DNA of 64,000 nt, taken from positions 248,001 to 312,000 of the forward strand of contig NIVC01001264.1 of assembly GCA_002269645.1 (NCBI GenBank), read 5' to 3'. Below are positions 1-10,800 of this stretch, one piece after another; positions within the stretch are counted from its first letter, which is position 1, and each line of letters opens with the position of its first letter. The position numbers and the translations under genes were made by a program. The notes under the pieces are model-generated. The model ran no database searches. It was not told the DNA's origin and saw only the letters and a program-made list of their open reading frames with translations. The DNA comes from Macrostomum lignano. Its lineage: Eukaryota.

Positions 1-1294
1 CCATGATTTTTTCATGACGCTCCTATGATTTTTTCATGACGCTTCTATGATTTTTTCATGACGCTTCCATGATTTTTACATGACACTTCTATGATTTTTA
101 CATGACGCTTCCATGATTTTTTACATGACACTTCTATGATTTTTACATGACGCTTCCATGATTTTTCTTCATGACGCTTCCATGATTTTTTACATGACGC
201 TTCCATGATTTTTTCATGACGCTTCTATGATTTTTACATGACGCTTCCATGATTGTTTACATGACACTTCTATGATTTTTTGCATGACGCTTCTATGATT
301 GTTTACATGACGCTTCTATGATTTTTTACATGACGCTTCTATGATATTTTCATGACGCTTCTATGATTTTTTACATGACGCTTCTATGATTTTTTACATG
401 ACGCTTCTATGATTTTTTCATGACGCTTCTATGATTTTTTCATGACGCTTCTATGATTTTTACATGACGCTTCCATGATTGTTTACATGACACTTCTATG
501 ATTTTTTGCAGGACGCTTCTATGATTGTTTACATGACGCTTCTATGATTTTTACATGACGCTTCCATGATTTTTTCATGACGCTTCTGTGATTGTTTATA
601 TGACGCTTCTATGCTTTTTATATGACGCTTCTATGATTGTTTACATGACGCTTCTATGCTTTTTATATGACGATTCTATGATTTTTACATGACGCTTCTA
701 TGATTTTTACATGACGTTTCTATGAGTTTTTCATGACGCTCCAATGTTTTTTTCATGACGCTTCTATGATTTTTTCATGACGCTTCTATGATTTTTACAT
801 GACGCTTCTATGATTTTTTACATGACGCTACTATGATTTTTACATGACGCTTCCATGATTTTTTACATGACGCTTCTATGATATTTTCATGACGCTTCCA
901 TGATTTTTTACATGACGCTTCTATGATTTTTACATGACGCTTCTATGATTTTTACATGACGCTTCTATGATTTTTTACATGACACTTATATGATTTTTTG
1001 CATGACGCTTCTATGATTGTTTACATGACGCTTCTATGATTTTTTACATGACGCTTCTATGATTTTTACATGACGCTTCTGTGATTGTTTACATGACGCT
1101 TCTATGATTTTTTACATGACGCTTCTATGATATTTTCATGACGCTTCTATGATTTTTTACATGACGCTTCTATGATTTTTTACATGATGCTTCTACGATT
1201 TCTGCAGGACGCTTCTATGATTGTTTACATGACGCTTCTATGATTTTTTCATGACGCTTCAATGATTTTTTACATGACGCTTCTATGATTTTTT
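1..1294. repeat. 23-24 bp minisatellite (CATGACGCTTCTATGATTTTTT[A]), internal to the Helitron-like element
   Basis: Head-to-tail units are visible from base 1 to about 1294. Confidence 0.95.
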
Positions 1295-1897
1295 AGTTTT
1301 CTTCTTGGTGTTAAAAAGCTTTAATTAAAAAAATTCCACTCTCTAAAAATTCGAACCATCGTCCCTGCATTTAGCAGTCAGTCTGTTTACCTCTAGGCTA
1401 GCTCTCATCGTTTTGATAATATGAATTTTAGCACTTATAATTATAAGTTTCAAAACTCCAAGCATAGAGTAAATCACACGAGGCAGTTATGACATAATCA
1501 ATTTCTCAGTCAGTCAGTATCAGTTAACAATATGGTTACGCAATTTAAATCAAGTCTGGTGCTACGCTTCCACACTGCATTTTCAATTTAAGTCAGAGTT
1601 ACAATTCAGTTATGATGCAATCTATTTCAGAATCAGAATTCAACCAGTCAGTTTTTTCTCTAGCATTCTTACAATGCATTTCAAGTCGAAAAGTTTGCTT
1701 GACCTTTGCAAAAAAGCATGTTTTTCGAATATTTAATCCCTTTAACATGGAGCAATTTCTTAGCCAAGATGCATGTACCGTCACGGGAAAATTTCTGATC
1801 GAACAGTGCAAGTCTCATGAAAATCGGTTAAGCCATTTTTTCTCTAATCGATTACAAGCAAGCAAGCAAGCAAGATTTTCATTTTTAGTATATAGGA
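1..1897 (-). mobile_element. Non-autonomous Helitron-like element, divergent subfamily; 3' end lies outside the window
   Basis: On the minus strand it starts TCCTATATACTAAAAATGAAAA-(TTGC)n...GGCTTAACCGATTTT at 1897. The 1295-1850 block is clearly homologous to 11130-11650, 11680-12190 and 31700-32240. It continues into a 23-24 bp minisatellite. Confidence 0.65.
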
Positions 1898-2861
1898 AAG
1901 CACTGCTTCAACACAGTCCTGCATTTGGGGTCTGGCTTGGGGAGAGGCTTGGATGACGCAACCTCCACCCCATCGCTTGGCGAGAGTTTGTACAGGCCCG
2001 CCTCTATATGAAAGTATGTGTATTTTATAAGTGATTTTGAATAAATTATCAGCATATTCAAACCTACAGTCTCCGAGGGTGGAAATGTACATAGCTAATT
2101 TTTGGGGTATGTAGCGGATATGAGTATAGAGGCTATCGATGTACATATAGACTCCGACCAGTATTATTCAAATCTGTCTGAGAATGTACATTGGAAATAT
2201 ACATTTACGTTGTGAGCTGTACAATTAGTTGACTCATTTGGATGAGATTGTACAACTGTAGTAGGGTTTCGAGTTGTAATTTTGGTGCGCGCGCGCTGGG
2301 GATGACACTGTACATGTGGATTAATGCACATACTGCGTACATATAGAATTGGGGATAGACAATTGAGATAGGGATTAATGTACATGGGATTAATGTACAT
2401 TTTGAGATAGGGATTATTGAACATGGAATTAATGTACATATGTGAGTACATGGATTATTACAACTACATATTGAATCACGCTTAGGATACCGTTTTCGTA
2501 TACTACTTACTTCATTTTCAGATAGTAGTATAATTTGCGTTTTTTGCGTCAGAATTCTGAAAACCGGGCAGATTCTGCACATTACGTAGTGTTATGGCCT
2601 ATTAAACTTGAAAAAGACAGACTGAAAATGACAATTGCGTATCCTAGGAAACAGCACGAGTTATCTGCATGGAGAATATCTTCACAGCCAATCAGTAGCC
2701 CTCATCGCTTTCCAAGGATTCTGCTTCAATCTACTCGTATCTATATGTAAGGAAAGGTTCCAGTTATTGTTTATTGCAATCCACCTAGAAGCCTTTGCAG
2801 AAATCTTCTAATCAGAGTACTCTGCAGCATTGTTTTAAACTCAAAAAGTGCTCGAAAGGAG

Positions 2862-3587
2862 ATGAGACAAGGCGACTTTTTGAGGCTGCTTCTGCTGAGC
2901 TGGCAGCTGCTGCAGTCGCAGGGCCTGCCGTGTCCCGCACCGTTCACCATGCAGGCCGGTCTGTGCCTGTTCGTGAGCACAGCTCACAACCACAGCTGGT
3001 GCTCAGCCAATCGGCAGTGCGCATCGATCGGAGGCGAGCTGCTCAACTCGCACAGCTCCATCCAGGCACTGAGTAGCAGCAGCATCAGCTCATCCTGCAG
3101 CTGCCAGCTGTGGCTCGGACTGAGCGACCTTGCCTATGAGAGAAACCGGAGCAGAGCCGGCTGGCAGAGGGTCAACGGAAACGGCTTCGCTGACCCTCCC
3201 TTTGATCTGTTTTACGAATACGAGCCGTCAGGATATTACGAAAACTGCATTCGAATGGACCATCTGGGGCTGCTCAGAGGCTTCTATTGCAACCGTAACT
3301 ATGGATTCGCTTGCGAGTACACATATCCCTCTGCTTACCGGAAGCTCGCCAACTGGAAGAAGGTTTCGTTCAAAAAAGCCATCTTCAACACCGAGTACTG
3401 CTTCACCGATGTGCCGAATGTGAGCAGCGCTGTTGAGTGCGTTGCAGCCGCCATGAGTGACGCCAGCTGCAGACACGTGCTGTACAACAGCAAGCTGAGA
3501 GCCTGCCGCCTGCTGCTGTTCACCGACGCTCAGGTGGAGGCGGAGATCGAGACGAGCGTCGACTGGGTCAAGTTCCGATTCGAGTGA
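2862..3587 (+). CDS. Secreted C-type lectin domain + PAN/Apple-like domain protein, single exon, 241 aa
   Basis: ATG 2862, TGA ending 3587. Hydrophobic signal peptide. CTLD pattern CP..F.....CL..., W..A...C...GG.L, LWLGLSD, ENC, C..NYGFACE. C-terminal C-(x)-C..C..(V)LYN....C.L Apple-like module. Confidence 0.8.
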   Translation: MRQGDFLRLLLLSWQLLQSQGLPCPAPFTMQAGLCLFVSTAHNHSWCSANRQCASIGGELLNSHSSIQALSSSSISSSCSCQLWLGLSDLAYERNRSRAGWQRVNGNGFADPPFDLFYEYEPSGYYENCIRMDHLGLLRGFYCNRNYGFACEYTYPSAYRKLANWKKVSFKKAIFNTEYCFTDVPNVSSAVECVAAAMSDASCRHVLYNSKLRACRLLLFTDAQVEAEIETSVDWVKFRFE

Positions 3588-4204
3588 TTAATAAGGAAGC
3601 AAACGGTTCCGTACAGCACCTGTGGAATACTGCTTTAGTCTCTGTTTTTCGAGTCCAAAAAGGTGACTTTTCAACGTATATATGGCCGGTAGTCCCTTTT
3701 AAAGATAGAAATGTTTTTGTTAGAATGAGTCACGGCTAGCATATTGGTTGAATATATACTTTGCATCAAAGTTCCTGAATCTTGTATAACGCGATTCTGT
3801 TTGTTTGAGTAACTTTTTAATTATCTACTCAATCTAGCTCGTATGATCGATAATAGATTTTTTTGCATCCTTTTATACTAATTAAAATCCTTCTTAATAT
3901 CAAACCCAGTCGCTCCCCCTCTCCTCTTTCTCTCCTCCAACTCTCATCTCTTCACTATTTGCTCACCCACGTGTGAATTTATACGTTTTTTCGTACAAAA
4001 TGTTTCTGCTTTTTATGAGTAACAATTTCTCTAAATATTAACAGATCTTGGTTACGACTATTTTTATCTATCTTTTGAAAATATACCTATAAAACGTCAT
4101 AAGCTGCCACAGCTATCTTACTCACTTACTCAAAAGGCTGCAGTTAGCTTCTTTTATTCCAGATTCCTCTTACTTCTTGTACTTTCAATAAATAGAACTT
4201 ACAA

Positions 4205-4415
4205 ACTGCTGCCTTCCCTTCTCTACTCTGCCTTTCCATCTATCTACTCTACCTTTCCCTCTCTACTCTGCCTTCTCCTCTCCTCTCTACTCTGCCTTTC
4301 CCTCTCTACTCTGCTTTCTCCTCTCCTCTCTACTCTGCCTTCCCCTCTCTACTCTGCCTTCCCCTCTCCTCTCTACTCTGCCTTCCCCTCTCCTCTCTAC
4401 TCTGCCTTCCTCTCT
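4205..4415. repeat. CT-rich simple repeat (CTCTACTCTGCCTTCC-like)
   Basis: Read directly. Confidence 0.85.
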
Positions 4416-4645
4416 CCTGGCCTGGAGGTGACTCATCAAACCTGGCCTGGGGTGACTCATCAAATCTGGCCTGGGGGTGACTCATCAAATCTGGCCTGGG
4501 GGATGACTCATCAAATCTGGCCTGGGGGATGACTCATCAAATCTGGCCTGGGGGATGACTCATCAAATCTGGCCTGAAGAATGACTTTCTAGATCTGGAA
4601 TGAAGGATCTGGAATGAATCTGACTCATTTTAGATCTGACTCATC
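4416..4645. repeat. 24-26 bp minisatellite (CTGGCCTGGGGGATGACTCATCAAAT) carrying TGACTCA AP-1-type sites
   Basis: Six tandem units plus two flanking TGACTCA; sites at 4429, 4453, 4478, 4504, 4530, 4556, 4621 and 4636. Confidence 0.85.
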
Positions 4646-5225
4646 AGAGCTAACGGGTGCCCTTGCACTGCAGAAGTGAGTGCAAAGCACGACAAGTAAG
4701 CATTCTCAATACCAGAAGCCAAGGAAGCGACACTTTGTGTTCAAGCGGTTAGGGATGACTGCGTATATTTACTGGAAAATAAATGCCATGAATGTTTCTA
4801 TCGAGAGCCGCTGGTGCAGCACTGATAGAATTTATATTAAAACAGAGAGTTTGTGCGGTTGCTTTGATCTATGAACTCCACGAACTTGCAGGTTATTGAG
4901 GAGTTTGCTATACAGTACATGTTCTATATTGTGCGTACACAGTTCATGAGATAAGTCTGTACGCATTTGACAAGCGCGCATAATGTAAGAGATCTCTCAG
5001 TGCAACCGAAATTGGGACAACTGCTGCTGCCAATAAGCAAATTGTTTTTTGGTTGAGCAAAAGTAAACAATTTTTTTTAGTCGCAGACTCCATGCTTTGT
5101 GTACAGAGGAAAATACGACAGAAAACATTCCTGCTTTAAATCTGCATGCTATACAAAGTTAGAGTGGTAAAGTTCTGTGTGCTCCAATTTTGCCGTAGCT
5201 ACCTGTTGGGGGACTGGGCGAAAAC

Positions 5226-5293
5226 TCAGGTATTCCGACCAAAGTCACCTGCCGCACGGCTCTGAAGTATCAACTGGGGATCCGGCTGCTGCT

Positions 5294-5327
<34 letters not shown>

Positions 5328-7004
5328 GGACCGCTGCTGCTGCTGCTGAATTGGTGGCGGCGGAGGCTGCTGCTGCGGAACTGAATGTTGGCTGGTCAAA
5401 ATCGCCGACTGCGACGACTGAGCATGCTGGCCCGGTATACCACTGCCGATGGGAAGCGGAAGTTCTTTGTCACCGACGATGCCGCTGCCAACTGGAATAA
5501 AGTGCCATGGCGCCGTGCTGTTAGCGTCGTGTCCCGTCACGACGGATAGCGGTTGAGGCTGCTGCTGCGTGTTTTGCTGCTGAGGCTGCTGCTGCTGCTG
5601 CTGCTGCGATTGCGTCTGCTGTCGAGCAAACGACTGCAGCGGCAGCAGCCCCGCAGTTGTTGGCGGCCAGGGTGCTGTTGTTGCAGCAAGCAGCGGCTGC
5701 GACAGCCAGCAGGCGGCCGTCGGCTCAACGAAGCTAAGATGATGATGCTGATTGTATGACTGCTGCGGCTGCTGAGTCTGCTGCGGAAGTTGTTGCTGCG
5801 TTTGCTGTTGCTGTTGCTGCGGCTGTTGCTGCTGCTGCTGCTGATGAGGATCAGCCCAGGCAGCTGCGGCAGCCCAGGCCAAGCCGGGATCAAAGGCCAC
5901 CGCTGGTTGCCAGCTGCAGGTGTTTGCCAGCAACGGCAGCGCGCCGCCTGCACCGCCGGCTCCTCCACTGCCGGCTGTGATAAAAGCTTGCTGTTGCTGC
6001 TGCTGAAGCTGAAGCTGCAGCTGCTGATGCTGAAGCAGAGCCAATTGTTGACGCTGTTGTGGATTGAGCTGCTGCTGGTGCAGCTGACAGGAAAGTGGCG
6101 CCGCCTGCTGCATGAGCAGCAGCGACTGCTGTTGATGTTGCTGCTGCTGCAGTGGTGGCAGCAAGAACTGCTGCGGATGCTGCTGCCCCAATGTTGGAGG
6201 CTGCGCGTTCGACAATACAGCAGCCGATGGTGGCTTCATGGCCTTCACCTCTACAAGCCTGCCAGCTAGTTCTACAAAGTGCACTTGCACCAGTCGCTGC
6301 ACAACTCTCTCGTCTTCGAAAGTTACAAAGGCGAAGCCGCGATGCCGCTGACGAGCCGGGTCCGGCATCAGGTTGACGTCCAACACGCGGCCGTACTGTG
6401 AGAACTGAGCTCGCACCAGCTGCGCGTCAGCCTCTGGTGGCACCCCGCCGACGAATACCTTCAAATGACGAGTCAGAGCTGCCCGACTACCCCGCACTCG
6501 AACGTTGCTCTGCTTTACGTCGATGGTCTTGCCGTCGAGACACTGCTGTTCGTCCGGTCCCTGGTGCTGCTGCAAAGCGGCCGCCGCGCACGCTGGGTCT
6601 TTAAACTTCACGAAGCCGAAGCCGCGCGATCTGCCGCTGACGCTGTCCATCATGACTACAGCGCTGTCTAGCTGACCGAATCGAGAAAAATGCGCCCGCA
6701 GGCTGGCCTCGGTGGTTGCCTGGCTAAGCCCGCCAATGAACAGCTTGCCGGGCTCGTTTCCGTCAGCGTCAGGCGCCAGATGATGCTGGATCGGCATCTG
6801 ATTAGGCGGATGCTGCGTTGGCAACATCAGACTGCCGCTGTTGCCGTTCCCCTCCCAGCAGGCGGCTGCAGCAGCCATGGCCGCGGCTGTTGAGCTGTTG
6901 TTTGTGGCTTCGGCGATGCTCGATAGCGCAGCCGAGTTTGCTGACGACGAGCTAGAAGCGGACGACATCGACGAGGATTCCGATGAGGAGCGTTGCAAGG
7001 TCAT
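5226..7004 (-). CDS. Musashi/DAZAP1 (hnRNP A/B-type) RNA-binding protein with two RRMs and a Gln/Ala/Pro-rich C-terminus, single exon, 592 aa
   Basis: RRM1 KLFIGGLS...RSRGFGFVKF...LDGKTID; RRM2 KVFVGGVP...RHRGFAFVTFEDE..V...HFVEL.GRLVEVK; uninterrupted ORF. Confidence 0.88.
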
Positions 7005-7830
7005 GTCTCGTCGCGTTGTTTTCGATAAAATTTAATCCTCGATAGCTATTAGTAGTGCGTGTGGAGCAGAGTTAAATATGGACTTCTTGTGCTGCTTTTG
7101 GCGAGACTTATCTTGTCATCATATGGAGAGATATTTTGTGTCGATGTGAGCCGTCCGTCGAGTCGACTAAACTTATTCTCCGGTCCTTTCTTTTTAAACT
7201 TTGCCTTGCTGGCAGCATCCGATTCTAATAAAAAGGGCTTTTTTGAACCGATCCGCTGCATCTATTTCGATGCTTTGGCACTGGCTTTTGCGTCCCAAAC
7301 CATAGACTAAAGCATATTCGAACAGCAAGGCAACACACTATTGCATGCATTCTACAAGTCTGCAGCTCGACAAGTACATGTACGTAATTACGTGTTTATT
7401 AGTGTAGATTGTTTTGTTGCATTTTTCATTTCTAAAAAAATTTTGTTTTTTCACATATTGTGCGCAAATGCAGTAACCAAATTAATTAGACAGCTATTCA
7501 AATAAAGATACGTTATATTTTTGCCAGAAATAGTTTACCTCTACTTGTTAAAATTCTCTTCTGAAACATACGTAGCTACAGCACTGATTGCTCCTTTTAG
7601 ATGTACACTCATTCATGTATCGATACGCTGTACACCATGCTCTTAAAGTTATTCAGGACTTATTATGCAGTTTTATGTATGCACACAGCACAGGGGTTGG
7701 CAAACCCGCGCCAGGCCTCAATGATCTCTATCCAGCCCTCGGGTCCTTTTGAAAATTCACAATAATAGAAATTATCCAGCCCGCGAGCAAGCTATAGGTT
7801 TATGCAGTCTCTTCTCGATCTCAGCTTCCT

Positions 7831-10800
7831 TCCCATATACTAGAAATGAGTTGTCTGTGGGTATGCAATTGATTTCAGAAACTAGCAATCTTCGCCCCCC
7901 ATTGGGGGACATCTGGATAGAATCTCTGTTCTCTACAAGTAACAAAAAGACAGCCAAATAAAGCCTTCACAAAGACAACAGAAAAACTGCTCAAATAAAG
8001 TGTAATGCAAAAAGAAATCATCTCAAGACAGCAAGCATCCCCCAGCAAGCATCCCCCAGCAAGCATCCCCCAGCAAGCATCCCCCAGAATGCAAGCATCC
8101 CCCAGATAGCAAGCATCCCCCAGATAGCAAGCATCCCCCAAATAGCAAGCATCCCCCAGATAGCAAGCATCCCCCAGATAGCAAGCATCCCCCAGATAGC
8201 AAGCATCCCCCAAATAGCAAGCATCCCCCAGATAGCAAGCATCCCCCAGATAGCAAGCATCCCCCAGAGAGCAAGCATCCCCCAGATAGCAAGCATCCCC
8301 CAGATAGCAAGCATCCCCCAGATAGCAAGCGTCCCCAAGATAACAAGCATCCCCCAAATAGCAAGCATCCCCCAGATAGCAAGCATCCCCCCTCCCAGAT
8401 AGCAAGCATCCCCCAAAAAGCAAGCATCCCCCAGATAGCAAACATCCCAAGACAGCAAGCATCCCCCAAATAGCAAGCATCCCCCAGATAGCAAGCTTCC
8501 CCCAAATAGCAAGCATCCCCCAGATAGCAAGCATCCCTCAAATAGCAAGCATCCCCCAGATAGGAAGCATCCCCCCTCCCAGATAGCAAGCATCCCCCAG
8601 ATAGCAAGCATCCCCAAATAGTAAGCATCCACCAGACAATAAGTAGCTAGTGCAACAATTTCCTTAGCTCTATAGTGGCTCCTTTAAAATTGGCATGACG
8701 CTTACTTTTACGTTTGAAATTGTGTATCTTTTATTTTTGGCATGGTGGCTCTTTAATGTTCGACATGGTGGCTCTTTTATGTTTGGCATGGTGGCTCTTT
8801 TATGTTCGACATGGTGGCTCTTTTATGTTTGACATGGTAGCTCTTTAATGTTCGACATAGTGGCTCTTTTTTATTCCCCCAGATAGCAAGCATCCCCCAA
8901 AAAGCAAGCATCCCCCAGATAGCAAGCATCCCTCAAATAGCAAGCATCCCTCAAATAGCAAGCATCCCCGGGATAGGAAGCATCCCCCCTCCCGGATAGC
9001 AAGCATCCCCCAGATAGCAAGCATCCCCAAATAGTAAGCATCCACCAGACAATAAGTAGCTAGTGCAATCATTTCCTTAGCTCTATAGTGGCTCCTTTAA
9101 AATTGGCATGACGCTTACTTTTACGCTTGAAATTGTGTATCTTTTATGTTTGACATGGTGGCTCTTTAATGTTTGACATGGGGCTCTTTTATGTTCGAAA
9201 CAAAAAATCATCCCCCAAATCCCCCCATTCAAGCATCCCCCAAATGGTGGCTCTTTATTGTTTGACATGGTGGCTGTTTAATGTTTGGCATGGTGGCTCT
9301 TTTATGTTTGACATAGTGGCTCTTTAATATTCCCCCAGATAGCAAGCATCCCCCAGATAGGAAGCATCCCCCCTCCCAGATAGCAAGCATCCCCCAGATA
9401 GCAAGCATCCCCAAATAGTAAGCATCCACCAGACAATAAGTAGCTAGTGCAACCATTTCCTTTATATCCCATCTATATTTGATTCGGGGTTTTTTAATGT
9501 CTGACATGGTGTCTCTTTAATGTTTGACATAGTGGCTCTTTTATGTTTGACATGGTGGCTCTTTAGTGTTTGACATGGTGGCTCTTTAATGTTCGACATG
9601 GTGGCTCTTTATTGTTTGACATGGTGGCTCTTTTATGTTCGACATGGTGGCTCTTTTTTGCTTGACATGGTGGCTTTTTAATGTTTGACATAGTGGTTCT
9701 TTAACGTTTTTCATGGTGGCTCTTTTATGTTTGACATGGTGGCTTTTTTATGTTTGATAAGGTGGCTCTTGTATGTTCAAAATGGTGGCTCTTTTAGGTT
9801 TGAAATGGTGGCTCTTTTAGGTTTGAAATGGTGGCTCTTTTATTTTCTACATGGTGGCTCTTTTATGTTCGACTTGGTGGCTCTTTAATGTTTGATAAGG
9901 TGGCTCTTGTATGTTCGACATGGTGGCTCTTTTAGGTTTGAAATGGTGACTCTTTAATATTTGACAAGGTGGCTCTTTAATGTTGGACATGGTGGCTTTT
10001 TTATGTTCGACATAGTGGCTCTTTAATATTCTACATGGTGGCTCTTTAATGTTCTTCATCGTGGCTGTTTTATGTTCGAAATGGTGGCTCTTTAATGTTT
10101 GACATAGTGGCTCTTAAATGTTTGACATGGTAACTCTTTTATGTTTGATATGGTGGCTCTTTTATGTTTGACAAGGTGGCTCTTGTATGTTCGACATGGT
10201 GGCTGTTTAATGTTTGACATGGTGGCTTTTTAATGTTAGACATGGTGGCTCTTTAATGTTAGACATGATGGCTCTTCAATGTTCGACATGGAGTCACATA
10301 TATGTTCGACATGGTGGCTCTTTAATGTTTGACATGGAGTCACGTGTATGTTTGGCATGGTGGCTCTTTAATTTTTTTACATGGAGTCACGTGTATCTTT
10401 GACATGGTGGCGCTTTTATGTTCGAAATGGTGGCCCTTTAATGTTTGACATGGAGTCACGCATATGTTTGACATGGTGGCTCTTTAATGGTTGATATGGT
10501 GGCTCTTTAATGGTTGATATGGTGAATCTTTAATATTTGACATGGAGTCACGTGTATGTTTGACATGGTGGGTCTTTTATGTTAGGCATTGTGGCTCTTT
10601 AATGTTCGACATGGTGGCACTCTTTTGTCTGACATGACGGGTCTTTAATGTTCAACATGGTGGCTCTTTTATATTTGACATGGTGGCCCTTTTATATTTG
10701 AACTGGTGTCTTTTTATGTTTGGCATGGTGGCTGGCTCATTAATGTTTTGAAATGGCAGCTCTTTTATGTTTGATGTGGTGGCTTCCTTATGTGTGACAT

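Noticed and set aside
5537-6893. Many antisense and alternative-frame ORFs over the RRM gene
   Set aside because: Expected from CAG/CTG-rich, GC-rich coding sequence; no independent domain signal.
7875-8632. GDACYL and WGMLAI repeat ORFs (also 13160-13499 and 30072-30784)
   Set aside because: 18-bp array inside the non-autonomous Helitron-like element; no Rep/helicase motifs.
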